Assembly (NCBI GenBank): GCA_029717555.1
Contig: JAMDHS010000063.1
Span: forward strand, 1 to 64,000
Direction of reading: 5' to 3'
Source of the DNA: Peribolospora baueri
Lineage: Eukaryota
Length of the DNA stretch: 64,000 bases
The position numbers and the translations under genes are program-made. A model generated the notes under the pieces. It was not told the DNA's origin. It did no database searches and saw nothing but the letters and a program-made list of their open reading frames with translations. Shown piece by piece: positions 1 to 13,011 of this stretch (within the stretch, counting starts at the first letter, position 1; every line of letters begins with the position of its first letter).

Positions 1-886
1 CCGAGCGGGTGGTCATGACCGCCCAGAACATGTTCCAGTTCTGGATGATCAAATCCTTGTGGCTATGCCGCTCTTCGACTGGGGTTTCGTCGCTTTTGCT
101 GAGGTTCAACTCAGATCTGAGGCTGTTCGCCGTGGAGCGGAGACCTCGTGAGTCGAGGTATTGAAGGATGGTCTCGTCGATGTCGCTTAGAAGAAGGAAT
201 ACGAAGGAGAGAAGGGTCGGTCAGAGTTGAACGCAGAGAATGCTCCACCAACGTTCCACACCTGTACGTGGGCATGACGAAAGGTCTCACATTTGACCGG
301 CCTGCCGATGTAGGGTCCGCGACGCCTCCGATACCTTCCTCACCTGTCTCGGCGGCTGTCCGTCGACCGCCTCTTCCTGCTCTCCACCGTCTCTGCTGCC
401 ACTCTGGAGAAGAGGGGGAGCCACCGTGGCGTCGGTATGGGCCCGCTTTCTCTTCGAGCCGCTCTGGTTCCCACCCGCGCCCTGGGAGCTTTGATGCGCG
501 GCCAAGTCGCTGTGGCGACGCTCCTGTGCCATCGAGGGGCCGGCCGTCTGAGGCGCCTCGCCAACTCCGGGGGTGCTTTTACATCGTGCCAACCCAGGTT
601 TGCCCCCCCTGGTTCCCCTGCTTCCGGCTACCCCCTTGGCGCAGCTGCGCTCGCCCTTCGGCGTCGAGCGGCTTTGGCAGGCGAATGCGACACCTGGGTT
701 TCGTTGGCCGGCGGAGCTGAAGAAGCAGGTTGTTGCGCAGGAGGCTCGGGGAGAGCCGGCGAAGGCTGGCGGACAAAGGCGGAGGGAGGGAGCCGTGGAT
801 GGTGGGAGAGGGGCATCGCTTCCACTGGGTTCGAAGCCTCCGAGGTAAGAGAAATCGGAACCAAGCCCGGAAAATGAGCCGTCCAT
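1..886 (-). CDS. LisH/LUFS-domain protein (Flo8/Som1/SSDP-like transcriptional regulator), 5' part; runs off the window start
   Basis: Splicing intron 186-290 (GTGAGA...CTGAC...AAG) joins ORF 291-886 to an exon reading IDIDETILQYLDSRGLRSTANSLRSELNL...DLIIQNWNMFWAVM: a LisH motif followed by the WxxFW signature of LUFS domains. The start codon and upstream exon structure are uncertain. Confidence 0.65.
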
Positions 887-2142
887 GTCGATTTGGGAGG
901 ATGGAGATGCCGGGTGGGCGATGTGGATGGATGGATACTGCTACTCGGCTGGGCACGTATGCGTCACCCAGGACAAAGCAAGGTTGAGCTCACTGAAACC
1001 TTGGAAGAAGAGAAAGGCCGGCGAGGAGAGCAGCGAATATATAGGCGAACGTCCGAGACGTTACAGGAACGCGTGGGGGAGATGTAAGATGAGTGTGCTG
1101 AGACGAGCGGTGCAAAGGCGCTTGGAGGAAACGAGGAGAGGTCTCGGAGAGGTGAAGGTAGTGATGATGGAGAAGAGAAGACATCGAGGGGGAAGCGAGC
1201 GCCATTTTTATATTCCGTGAGCTATCTATGGGAGAGATGGGATGAGGAGTGGAGAGGCCTCACAAAGGACGTGAGTGAGAAAGGTGAGCGCGACGGTGAT
1301 GTGGCCCGTGCGGGCCAAACAGCGAAATGCCTTTCACACGCGCGGCCAACGTGTACGACGGCGAGCGGGTCGACGGTCAAGCTTATCGTCTCGTCAATGC
1401 CGCTGCTCCAGATGCGGCTCACCGTGCGGCTATTAGACGACGGCGACCGGGACCGGAAAACGCTTTGGTGCCCTTGTTCCTTCATCCTTTCCACGCGCAT
1501 CCTCATCTCTTCCGTCACTCACGCGCAACAAAAGACGGCATGTCCAGCTCGCTCCGTGGGCCCTACGATGTGGGGACGAGCAGAGCCGGGAGCAGTTCAT
1601 CCTCCCACCTCATGGGAAAACGCGACAAGCTCGCTCGCGAGGTACATACGAGAAAAAAAAAGGAAAAGAGAAGGGGGTCTGGAGAGAGTGAGAATGCAAT
1701 ACCGTTTTTACGATGTGATTCGAGCGGTGGAGAAGATAATAAGATGGCTCCAAACAACCCCCGGCGATCAATGCAATGCTGCGGCAGAACGTCCCCCCCG
1801 CTCGCGTGGTTAAAGAACGGCTGCAGTCAGGCAAGTCCACTCGGCCCCGACGAAGTCGAAGAGCGACAAAGCGCGACAGAACGACGACGACGATCGGAGG
1901 CGAGACGAGACAAGAAATGCACATTTGCGGATGGGTCTACCGACCGACCCGACGGACGGAACGGGGGACGAGTACTGATACAAGAAATTACGCGGATAAA
2001 GGAGGAACGGGAGAGCATGCAGGACATGGTACGACAAAATTGAGAGAGGGAAAGAGAGCCTTGGGGCATGGGAGGAAGAAAAGGAAACGGGATAAAGGGG
2101 CGATCCAGACAGACGCGCGCCAGGCCTCCCCCTAGTCCCGCG

Positions 2143-2366
2143 TCAAGCGTTCTTGTCATCGCTCGAGTAAAAGTATGGCCGACACTGGTTACAGCACACG
2201 CCTTCCGGCCGAGGCGGCGCCGTTGCGCCCTCCACGTTCGTCATGGTTACGTCTTCATCCACGGCACCGACGACGGCGGCCACAGTCACCTCTGGGCCCG
2301 CCACCGTCCCTTCTTTGTCTTCCTCCCCGCGCCCCGCCGTCCGTCCCGCGTCCTCTTTCCCTGACA

Positions 2367-2399
<33 letters not shown>

Positions 2400-5300
2400 G
2401 CACCGGCCACCAGAAGGGCGAAAAGGCCGTCTCGCAATGCAGACAACGCGGGTGCCGGTGCTGATGCTGGTGCTCCTCCGCTTCCGAATACGCGCCCCGA
2501 CCATCCGGATCGGGCTTCAACGCCAGCTGCTGGTGTGACGCGCCCACCGCAGACGCAGAGCCATTAGCGGCCGCATAGCTGGCGAGTACGGGCAAGGGCG
2601 TCGCAGTCTCCCGGTCAGACTTGGACGTCGTCGAGGCGGCAACCGTGCCCATCGCGGAGCCCACGCCCGAGGCCGCGTCGAAGCGTTTGGCCTTACGCAA
2701 GAGAGCGTACGTGTCACCGGCGTTGGAGGTGGCCGGCGTGGCGAGTTTGCGCGTTTGGACGTAGGTTTGCAGGGCCGTCTGCCGAGGTAAGATGGGAGGC
2801 GCGATGACCGGCCAGTTCGATATCAGCTTGGCCGGCTCACGACAGACCTCCGTCCGTCCGTCCATCGACGAGACTGAAAGTGCGACGAGAAACCGAGTCC
2901 GACTCCGAACTCACCATGCCAGTGGCCGGGTCCACCTCTGCAAAGTCATAAATCGTCTTCGCCTTCAACAGGTCCTTGTGATTTTTGCACCAGACCAGCG
3001 CGCTCATATGCCCGGACTCATCCTTGAAAGTGCTCGTTGCAACAACGTCCCGTCGGCTGCTCTTCACGGGTTGGATCTCAAAACCAAAGGTGTAGCCTGG
3101 CGCTTGGAAGGCGCACGAGAGGTGGAAGGGCATCCGGCAGTCGGCGCAGAACGAGCAGGCGCCTCCTTGCCGATGACATATTGTGCACTCCTGTAGTGCG
3201 ACGCAAGGGCCGACAACATATTGCACGGTCAGCTAAGGAGCGCCCATCTATCGGAGGCATCATACGGCCCGGCCGTGGAGAGGTTGGTGGAGCGGGACAC
3301 TCACCGCCGACCACCGATACGGAGGCAAACTGGAAACCCCCTCGACGATTTTGAGCCTCTCCGCGTCGCTGAAGACGACCTCTGGCGTCCAAACCGCGCA
3401 GATGACGTGCGTCCAATTGTTGCCTTCCGTAGGCTTGAGCGCGTCGAGAGCATGGAAGGGCGACGACGATTGGGTCGACTGCACTGGGCTGGGAGCTTCC
3501 TTGCGTTGGCCCGGAGCTGACGGCAGAAAGGCCGGGAGGACGGTTAACGGCGGTGGGCAGAGGATGCATCGGGGGATCTGGTGACGTGTTGGTTGGTTGG
3601 TTGGTTGGTTGGGGGGGTTAGGTAAGGAGGAAGCGGAGGCCGCGTTAGCCGTGCGCCCGTCCAGGCGTCTTCGGGTCGGCCACTGAGAGCACTCACCAAC
3701 GCCGACGCGAGCGTCTCCTCGTTCGCGCACGCCTCGCACTTCCAATCGGCCGAGGCCAGATCATCAAATGAAAGTCCGTAGCAGCCTGGCCGAGGGCGGG
3801 GCGGGGATGCAAAACAAATTCAGTACGAACGCGACGCGATGCGATGCGACAGCAGCAGCGCCAAGTGGGTCAGGCTCTTGTCGAAACGGGCCTTACCAGC
3901 ATGAGCGGCGAGTGAACATCGAGAGCACTGCGCGAGGCGTCGTTTCGGCTCCGTCTTTCGACAGAGGGCGCACTTTATCGCCGCCGGTGCGGGGACGATC
4001 GGACTGGGCGCAGACGGCGGAGTGGACGTCTGAGGTGCGCAGTCGGGGATGTGGCGAGGCGTTTTAAGAGCGTGGGACGAGGATCGGCGAGCGTCGGTCA
4101 GAGAGAGGATGATGCCCACCGAAAACGTCGTGCACATGCTTACCGGCTCCGCTTCTTTCACCTTCTCCTCTCTTCTCGTCGCTCTCAGCTTCTTGACAGG
4201 TGGCGGTGCAGAAGCGGCAGAAGCAGCGTTGGCGGCGGAAGTGGAAGCGGAAGCGGCGGCGTTGGCGGCGGCCTCTTCTGCAGAATCAAAGCGGGCAGAC
4301 GTAAGAAGGAAGGCGCTCCGTCCCCGCCGTTGTCCGAGAGACGCCCACTCACCCGCCGCCCGGGCGGCCTTCTTGGCCTCGGCCATCGGGCTCTTGGTGG
4401 CATACTTCCTCCAATAGACGCCACACTCGTCGCACAGAGCGGGACCGGAAAAGTTATGCGGTGCCTTCCACCATACGGGCGAGACGTTGGCGGCGCAGAT
4501 CGCGCACGTCGACTGGCCCTTTTGCGGCGACGGACTGAGCGTGGAGCGCGCTGAGGAGAACTCTTTCTCGGCCTTGGCCGTCGAGGAAGGCGACGACGGA
4601 GCCCCATTCGACTTGCTCCCCGAGCGACCTTTCTTGGCTCCCGCCCGCATGGCCGCCCAACTCTCTTTGAGCCGGTTGCTAAGAGGGAGGGCCAAGAGCG
4701 AGGAGGACGAGGAGGTGGTTGAGCGCATGGTTCAAACAGAAAGAAAATGAGGAAAGGGAAAGATAAGAGAGAGAGACCAGACGCACGTTTTCCAAGCGTG
4801 AAAGAACCGAACGATCTCCGCGGGCGTCTTGGTCGGCACGCGCTTCTTGAGCTCTTGCATCTCAGCGCCGTAAGCCTTGACGACCTCTTCGAACAGACGA
4901 ATCTCCTTGAGCGACCAGTCGACAATGCGCAGGTCCGCCGGGGTGTACTTGGCGAGGTCCATGAGCGCCGGCGCGTCTTGACCTCGATGCTTTGTGAGCG
5001 CGGCCAGGGCGGCGTTCATGAGGTCGACATTGTAAGACGGCACGGAGGGAAAGAGATTTGCAGCCTCTCGCATATACAGATCGACTGTGCGGATGGGCGG
5101 AAACGGTCGAAACAACATTATGCGTCAGCGACGGACACGCACGCTGCACACGGCAGAGCGGTCCGCAACGAGTCGCCCGTTCTACTCACGATCCGTTCCG
5201 CCCTGAAGCGTCGTGGTGGGCAGAAAGATGGGCTCGACGGCATCGTCGGAACCTCGGTTGATGGGAATCGAAGGCGTCGAAGATGCTGTCGAATAAATAA

Positions 5301-7894
5301 AAAAAACAAAGACAGCAAAGTCAGCACTGGATCGCCGTACAGACATGGTAAACCGACCAGATCTGCACACCGAATCGAGCGAACCAGACTCACCTGTGCG
5401 CACCGGCGTGCCATCCCTTCCCCTCTTCAAACCTCCCCTCTCCTTGCCCCTGAATTTTCTCACCTCTACCTTCTCCGGCGCAGCGACAGCGACGGGTGGG
5501 GTCGGCGTCTCCTTCTTCTCCTTGTCCTCCTCGTTCCCTTCCTCTAGTGCCTCGTTCGCTCCCTTCACCACGGCGGCAGCTTCGGCCTTTTGCTGCTCCA
5601 GTTGCTCCTCCCAGGTGGGCAGGGTGACCTGGTATTTGGGACCTTGTCGGGTAGTGGCTCGAGGGTAGATGGAATCGTGCGCGTCCAGCACGTCCATCGC
5701 CTCGGTGTGGAGACCAAAATACCTGTACGGCCACATGTTAAAGCACCGAAGTTCGGGCAGCACGGGTCCGGCGGTGGAAGGCGGAGCAGAAGGCGAGCCG
5801 ACGTCGGAGGAGAGGTCGGAAGATGAAGGGGTGGGGGCTTTTTCTTTGCTCCGCGAGGCATGTCCTCCTCGTCCACCTGCTCAGAAAGAAGGGAGGGAAT
5901 ATCACAGAAAGAAATATAAGATAGGGTGTAATGGCTCATACGACGACGCGAAACAAAGTGGATCGACGACAACGCACCCCGACCGGCTTTAGCTCCTCTG
6001 GCGGGCTTGGCGCTCGCCGCGCGAACCTTGGAAACCTCGCCTCCGTTGGGCCTGCTGCCCGTCGAGCTGTGAGAGGCAGAGAGGGTGCCTCCTCCGCTGG
6101 GGACGAGGTGATCCTCGACGTCGTCGGCGTGTCGCTTGGAGCAAGGTGCGCACGTCCAGGAGTAGCCTTTGGAGGGCTTGGAGGTGAGCGGCGGGGTGAG
6201 GCAGCGCATGTGAAATGACTGCTTGCAGGTGTCACATCGCACGGACTCGGCACTGAAGGGAATGAAGGAAAAAGCAGAGCGGAAGAGTCAGGATGAGGCA
6301 ATGACAGGACTCTCGGACGTGACGAGGACGAAGAGAAAGTGGAGAGAGGGGCGGAGAAGGAAACACAGACGACCGACGAACGGATAAATGGGGCGGAAAA
6401 AACAAACAAAAGAAATATGAAGAAGAAGAAGAAGAAGAAAAGAGGAAACGTGGCAAGAGAGGCGAGCGATATCGACGCTGTGCCAATGGACAGCAGACAA
6501 CCGTCGGAGGGAGGAGGAGTCATGACGATCGTCGGAGGGAGGAATCATGACAACAGGGAAGGGAGGGAACCAAGAGACAGGGCGAACGACGAATGACGAA
6601 AGAGGAAGGGAGGGTCTGAGAAGGAGAGTAAAGAGAAAGGGACGACGGCAGGCGAACTGGACACAAAAAGTCGACAAGAAAGGACTTTAGAGGCGACGAG
6701 AAGAAAAAGAAGGGGAGGGAGGGAACCAAGAGACAGGGCGAACAACGAACGGCGAAAAAGGAAGGCGGAAGGAAGCATCTGAGAAGGGGAGCAAAGAAGA
6801 AGGGACGAGGGGCAGAGTAGGAAAGACGAACTGGACACCAAAAAGTCGACAAAGAAAGGAGGGCTAGGAAGAGGAGAGAGGACGGGGACGAAGGAAAAAA
6901 AAAAAAAAGGCAACGAGGAAGGAAGAAAAAGGAGGAACGGCGATGAAAAGACGGACGGATGGAGGGCTCACCTGGCGGCCCATCGGTGACAGATGTTGCA
7001 GCCCCTAAGAGAGTCGGTCAAGTCGGCGGCCATGCCGACCTCTGCGAGGACGTAAGAGTACCTCTTGCGGAGGCACTCGAGCGCCTCGGCGGGCGCGTTT
7101 CGGAGGCGGTCGGTAGGGATGACGTCGTAAAAACGATGGATGTAGCGGTCGTACATCTGGCAGAACAGAAAGTGGTCTTCCCTACTCCTCCAGGCGGCCA
7201 GGGCTTCTCTGCCGACGGCCGTGTTGGGGCCCGGGGGAGCGCCCCAGCGAGGGCCGGAGAGGGCAGCGACGACCTCGTCGCGGTGCTTGACGACGCACTT
7301 GCCCCGTATGTTCGACAGCGGGACGAGGTCGGCGTGCATGGTGGCGATGAGCATGCGGGCGTCAGCACCGAACCGATGGGAGATGTCCCGGTTGCGAAAG
7401 TAGAAGTTTGCACGGATTTGGAGGGTGCCGCCGGAGGTGGAGGCGTAGTGGGACTGGTAGGCTCCTTGGCCTTCTCCGCCGTCGGCGGCTGAAGGGGAAG
7501 AGAGGAGAACGGAGGGGTTGGAAGAGGCAGAAGGGTCGGAATAAGACGAGGCGACGTTGTTCGGAGCGGCCATGACGAATTCCATGACGCGAGCGATGAT
7601 ATACGGCTCGCCCTGACCGGGGGCCCATGGCGGGGAGATGTAAACGTGGTCTGGGATGCGAAGGGGAGGAGAAGGAGGAAAGGAAAACAAAAAAGAAAAG
7701 GGAAAATGTTAGAAAGGGCATCCGGTGAGCGGTCGGAGGGACGAAGTGGGAAAAAGAGAAGAAAAGGAGAGAGAAGGAAAGGGACCGAGGGGGCTCAACT
7801 CACCATTGATGCCCACCCTCTCGCCGCTTCCGATGATGATGTGGTCGACCGGGGGGTTGCGCGAAGCGCTCTGTCCGGCGCTCGCGGCGACCAT
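2143..7894 (-). CDS. SNT2: Snt2-like chromatin protein (BAH, PHD, ELM2, SANT, GATA-like Zn finger, PHD/extended PHD), multi-exon
   Basis: BAH (DHVYISPPW..GEPYIIARVMEF...LIATMHADLVPLSNIRGKCVVKH), PHD (CNIC..VRCDTCKQSFHMRCLTPPL..WTCAPC), ELM2 (TTRQGPKYQV), SANT (WSLKEIRLFEEVVKAYG...FFHAWK), CAIC..WWKAP..LCDECG, PHD CALC...HAGCYG...WKCEAC, ePHD (NNWTHVICAVWTPEV; CTIC..CADC..FHLSCA). Canonical introns link the frames. Confidence 0.9.
6561..6860. repeat. Imperfect tandem duplication (2 copies, ~155-175 bp spacing) inside the long SNT2 intron 6253-6971
   Basis: GGGAGGGAACCAAGAGACAGGGCGAAC at 6561 and 6717; CGAACTGGACAC(C)AAAAAGTCGACAA(A)GAAAGGA at ~6653 and ~6827. Confidence 0.85.
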
Positions 7895-8689
7895 GTCGGT
7901 CAGTCAGAGTAGGTAGGGGCGGGGGAAGGGAGGCGGGTGTGTGGCGTATAGCGGTGTGAGGATGCGAGGGGGATGGGAAGGACTAAGTACAAGGAGGCAG
8001 GGGAGGGCGGAGGAGAGGGAGGATTTGAATTGGACTGGGTGTTCGGTGGGAGGGGTGAGGAAAGAGGGAAAGGGAAGAGGAAGAGGAAGAAGGGCGGGGC
8101 GAAGGGGACGGGAGACCGGACGGGTGCGTCGGTGTCAGGCCGAGCCCGAGCCGGAGAGGGAGGGGGAAGCGGGTGCGGAGGTAAATAGCGGGTGGACGAG
8201 GGAGGGAGGAGGGAGAAGAGGCGGCGCGAGGGGGAGGAGGGAGGGATGGGAGGAGTGCGATAGGGAGAGGGAGGGGGGTAGGAAAAGGAAGAGGAAGGAG
8301 GGAGAAGGAGAGGAGGGAAGACGATGGTGGTGGTGGTGGTGGTGTTGGTGGTAGTGGGGAGGACGGCGTGGAGGGAGAAGGGAGGGAAGGAATGGCGGAG
8401 GCAAGCGAAGGTTCTTCTCTTTTTCTCTTCTCTACTTGACTCTATTCGGGCTGGCTGGAGGTGTCTGTGTCTGTCTGTAATCGGCGGGCGGTGTCGGAGG
8501 TCGGAGGAGAGGGAGGAGGGAAGGACGAAGGCGTGGAGGAAGGATATACGGAGGGAGCGGCGGTGGTGGTGGTGGTGGTGGTGGTGGTTCGGGTTGGACG
8601 TGTTAAGGAGGTTGGTGTTGTTGTAGGTGCGGCTGGAGTGTTGGAAGGAATCTCAAGAGAGAGGGGATGGAAGGAACAACGACGACGAT

Positions 8690-8955
8690 GATATTAACGA
8701 CGACGACGACGACGACGACACTGGCTTGGCTTGGCTTGACTTGGATTGACGCAGAACGAATGAACGAACGAACAACTGACTACGCTCTTCTCCCATCCAC
8801 CACCACCGCCTCCGCTTCTTCTCGCTCGCCCGCTCGCCCGCCGGTCGGCCGACGGACGGACAGGACAGGACGGGACAGAAGAGGACAGGACAAGACAATA
8901 CAGGACAATACAGGACAACACAAAACAACACAACACAGGACATGACATGACAGGA
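8690..8955. repeat. Microsatellite cluster: (GAC)n, (TTGGC)n, (GAAC)n and GGACA/CAACA pentamer arrays upstream of SNT2
   Basis: Directly visible simple repeats. Confidence 0.85.
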
Positions 8956-11025
8956 AGGCGACCGTCGGGATCGATCGCATTGCCCTTCTCTTTCTCTCCC
9001 GCCCACTCCGTCGTCTCCTCTCTTCTCTCCGTCCGACGCCCGTGCGCCGCCGACGTCTTTGCTCCGTCGGGGACGAGCGCCGGGGGCAAGATGGAGGGAG
9101 GGAGGGAGGGAGGGATGGAACGGAGGGACGGAACGTCGGCTTGTGCGTGTCTGATCGCCGACCGAGGCAGACTAAAACATAAATAAGGAAGGAAGGAGGA
9201 GTGGCTACTGCAGCGCAGACGGCCGACCGGCTGGCTTGGCTTGTTCCAACAACGCTGGCTGGGCTGGCTGACTAGCTGTCGCCCTCCCCTCTCTCCGTCC
9301 GTCACCTGCCATTCGGAGCGAAAGCAAAGAAACGATGGACTTGCCTGCTTCGAGACTGGCTAGCCAGGCCTATGCCAGGCACTCTATCGTACGTACATAA
9401 CATACGACCTTTCTCGGCCATGTCTCACTTGCGCATGCGAGCTGGCATACCACGCAAGTGAGTAGCCGCCAAGTATAGCGAGTAGTAAGTAGTAGTAAGT
9501 AGTACATTTGTGCTCCTGAGAGAGAAAGAGAGACAGACAGACAACAGACAAAAGCGCTTTCGGGCCGACGTCTGCCCCTGTCCGGCTCCCACCCGTGCGC
9601 GCGGCCGGCATACATGAAGCGCACATGAAGTGGACATGAAAGCGACATGGAGTCGACATCGACGGCGGCCGGCCAACGTGGACGACAGACAGACAGACGG
9701 GTAGACGGGGCTTGTTGAGCAAGGACGGCGAGTTATGAGATTATGAATATGTACGTGCGAATTCGAGCTAGTGGGGCCGAGCCGGCGATCGCCTCCTCTT
9801 GCTTTTGTTAGACGCCGCCTGCTCGCAACCGCAACCGCCATGACACGGCCGTCTTGTCTCGTCTCGTCTCGTCTCAGACAGACGCCTGGCTCGTTCGTTC
9901 CGGCCCTCGTCGTTACCTTCACTGCCGTCGCTGTCGTCGTCGTCGTCGTCGTCGATGCCGCTGTGGCCAGCCGCCGGGGTCGACGCCGGCTCCGATCACC
10001 GCCCCCCGTTCCGTTCGACGCCCGTCCGACAACTCCCGGGACGATAGAAGACAGACAGACAGAAAGACAGGACGAGATGGATCAGCGGACCTCCCTTGCC
10101 CGCCTCTCTTCCTTACCGCGGTCGCAAACCATCTATCTATCTCATCGCCCCGCATATACGCGTACGCACATGTTTCTTGCGTCCTAACGCACCTCGCTCC
10201 GCACCAGTACGCGCGTATGCATAACCGACGTATAATAATACATAACAGTAAACAGTAGAGTACGTGGACGCCGCTCGTACTCGTCCGAGTATACATAAAG
10301 AACACCGCGACCGCAACGGGAAGGCAGGCGGGCGGAACGGATGCAAGGCCATGCCGAGGCAGCGTCTCCGACCCTTGCTTAGGGCGGAAGGAAAGGAGAA
10401 GAAAGGAAAAAGGAGTCGTGGCGGCGCGAGGCTCGCACAGATCGTGTCGTGTGTGGTGGTCCCGTCATATCAGCGCGGAAAAAAACACGTCCGGTCGATT
10501 ACACGACGGTGAAGACGTACAGTATATATACAACATGCACGGGCCATGTGCGTCGTCGTCGTCGTCGTCGTTGTCGCAGCGCACTCCAGCCGAGTCCTCG
10601 TAAAAGTCGGTAAGCAAGTCGCCACGTCCCCGGCAGGAAACCAATATACCCGCAGTTCGCAAGGGGGATGACGAGGATTGTCTTGTGTCTTGCCTCTCAA
10701 ACCTTCCACCTCAGCCACGAGCACGACCTGCCATGCTCCACAAGACAGAAAAAAAAAAAAGAAAGATCGATCGATTTTGACGGAAAAGGCTGCCGGGCGC
10801 CCGACCGACTGACTCTCCCCACTCGTACCTCTCTCGAGCGAGACCAGCACATGCCCTGGCCGCCTTGTGTCCCACGGGCCTTCTTCCCCATTTAATTCTC
10901 GCCCGCGCACAGCTCCGCTTTGTCAGCACAAGCGCAGACGGACGTTCCTCAGGAGGGAGGGGCATGCGGCCGTCTCTTGCTGACTGTTCACCCCGCTCAC
11001 CGCCGCCGACGACGACGACGCTCGG

Positions 11026-11897
11026 ATGTCCAGCGAGCTCGGGACGCGTCCAGAAGCGAGTCGTCTTGTCAGCCTTGGCGAGCAAGGAGACGAACGGCCG
11101 AAAGAGGAGCGACAGCAACAGCAACAGCAACAGCGACCGGATCCCGAAGAGGCGCGCCCAGCGCGCCCAGAGGCCATCGACGAACCGCCGAAGGACGAGG
11201 GGGAAAAGCGGAGTAAAGAAGAGGGCGCAAGGGTGGGTACGGCGAGCAAGCGGGAGGGCGCAAAAGAAGAAGAAGGCGGCGGTGAAAGAGAAAGAGAAAG
11301 GCCTCGCGCTCCGGTTACCGACAGCGGCGCCCGCCCCCACCACCCCCCCAACAACCACAAGCGCATCATCGGCGACCGGCTGATGCGCAGGATTACGCCG
11401 ATCCCTCCGAAGCGGCCTCCGCCGCACACGGTCCGGCAGGACGAGTACAACATCCTCCGTGTGCACCGCTCCTCCCTCTCGCGTTCCAAGCCAGCCCTCG
11501 TCATCGAGCTCGACGACGTAGCGGCGGAAGAGAGGGTCGACGCGGGTCTCTACCGCGACAGGCAGGCGCTCGAGGCAGACATCGTGAAGAGGCTCGTCGT
11601 GGGCACCGTCAAGCATTGGGGCCCGCCTGGCTTGGTGTTCAACGGCAGGCCGGAGGACCTGGCGAGGGTGTATGCGAGGATCGACGGCAAGGACGTCAAG
11701 GCGTTTGGCACCAATGACGGAGGTGGGCGTCGTCTGCTCTCTCTTATCATTCCGACTGCCTTGCTCATCCCCATCATGTCCATGTCTCTTCGCTCCCCCC
11801 AGCGTGGACCACGCTCGGCCAGGTGTGGTGGGTGGAGGGACTGAAAACCGACGACGCCTACTTTGCCCTCGACCTGGCCGACCTGCACTGGCTTTAA
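11026..11897 (+). CDS. Hypothetical protein (2 exons; charged low-complexity N-terminus plus a globular-looking C-terminal domain)
   Basis: ORF with GC3-rich codons; intron 11723-11802 (GTGGGC...CTCAT...CAG) gives an in-frame end AWTTLGQVWWVEGLKTDDAYFALDLADLHWL* (TAA 11895-11897). No family recognised. Confidence 0.6.
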
Positions 11898-13011
11898 TCT
11901 AATCTTCGCTTCCGACGATCGAGTCAACTTTTGGTTGGTTGGTTTGGTCTTCCACGAGTTTTTGTGCACCGTGCTTCTGTCCCGCTTCGGTCACTCGAAC
12001 GAACGCGGTGAGGAAAAGAACAACCAAACAGACAAACGTTTCTTCTTCATTGGCTTGGGGAACGGACACAACGCGACAGACAGAGAAAGGTGGGCGAGAC
12101 GAGACGAGGGGGGAAGAGCGGGGAACGATGACGGGCGAGGCGAGGCGAGGCGGGGAGGAAGCACGGCACGGATACGGGAGGACAGACATAACGACGATTC
12201 GAGGAGAAGAGAAGAGACACCATGGGGATAAAGGGAAACGGCGGAACGGCATAAAAACAAAACAAAAAACCTAAAAAAAAAAAAAAGAAAACGGAAGAGT
12301 GCGACGAAACGGGGGGGATATTGTGAAGAGGAGGGGTGTTCGGATTCGACTGGCCGGACCGGACCGGACCGCGCGGGGCAGATCGACTCGACTATGCGAA
12401 GCGAGGCGGGGGCTGGGCAGACAGACAATTGCGGGTTGCTATTGAGCGAGGTTTGTAAATGTTGCGGAACGAGAGACAAAGGGGATAGGAACGAAACGAC
12501 GGGGCAGGAATGACGAGCGAAGTAGAGGAGAAGGAGAGGGAGAGTCTGTGCTGAACCGAAGGAAACGAAGAAAAAAAAGAACGGAGATCCTTCTGACGTT
12601 GGTGATACTTGAAAAGAACAGGACAAGGTGCGCGGGCGGTCGACGATGTGTTGAGGCGTTGGATAAAAGGCTGCATGCCGCGATGCGGTGCGAAGGTATG
12701 GGTGGGCTTTCAGGTTCGCGGGAGGCGGGGGGGGAATACTCGTGGCGAAGAGAATGACGGAGAAGCCGAGAGACGTATACGAGACGAGAGGGGGATATCG
12801 GAACAGGAGGAACCGAACGGAGAGAAGACCGGCGAAAAGAAACGATGCTGGACGAGAGGTGGGATGGATGGAGCGAGACCGGGGGCGAGACGAACTGGCG
12901 AAAGCGATAACGATGCCGGAGAGACGAGACGAGTGACTGAAAACCAAGCGAGAGCCAAAGGGAGAAAAACCGAGGACGAGACAAGAAAGGGACAAACGGC
13001 GTGTCGGTCGC

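Noticed and set aside
1217..2135. Overlapping ORFs between the LisH gene and the SNT2 3' end
   Set aside because: No family motifs or consistent exon chain; likely UTR and promoter sequence.
8860..8950. Regularly spaced GGACA repeats as a CRISPR-like array
   Set aside because: Pentamer microsatellite without unique spacers, in a eukaryotic genome with no cas genes.
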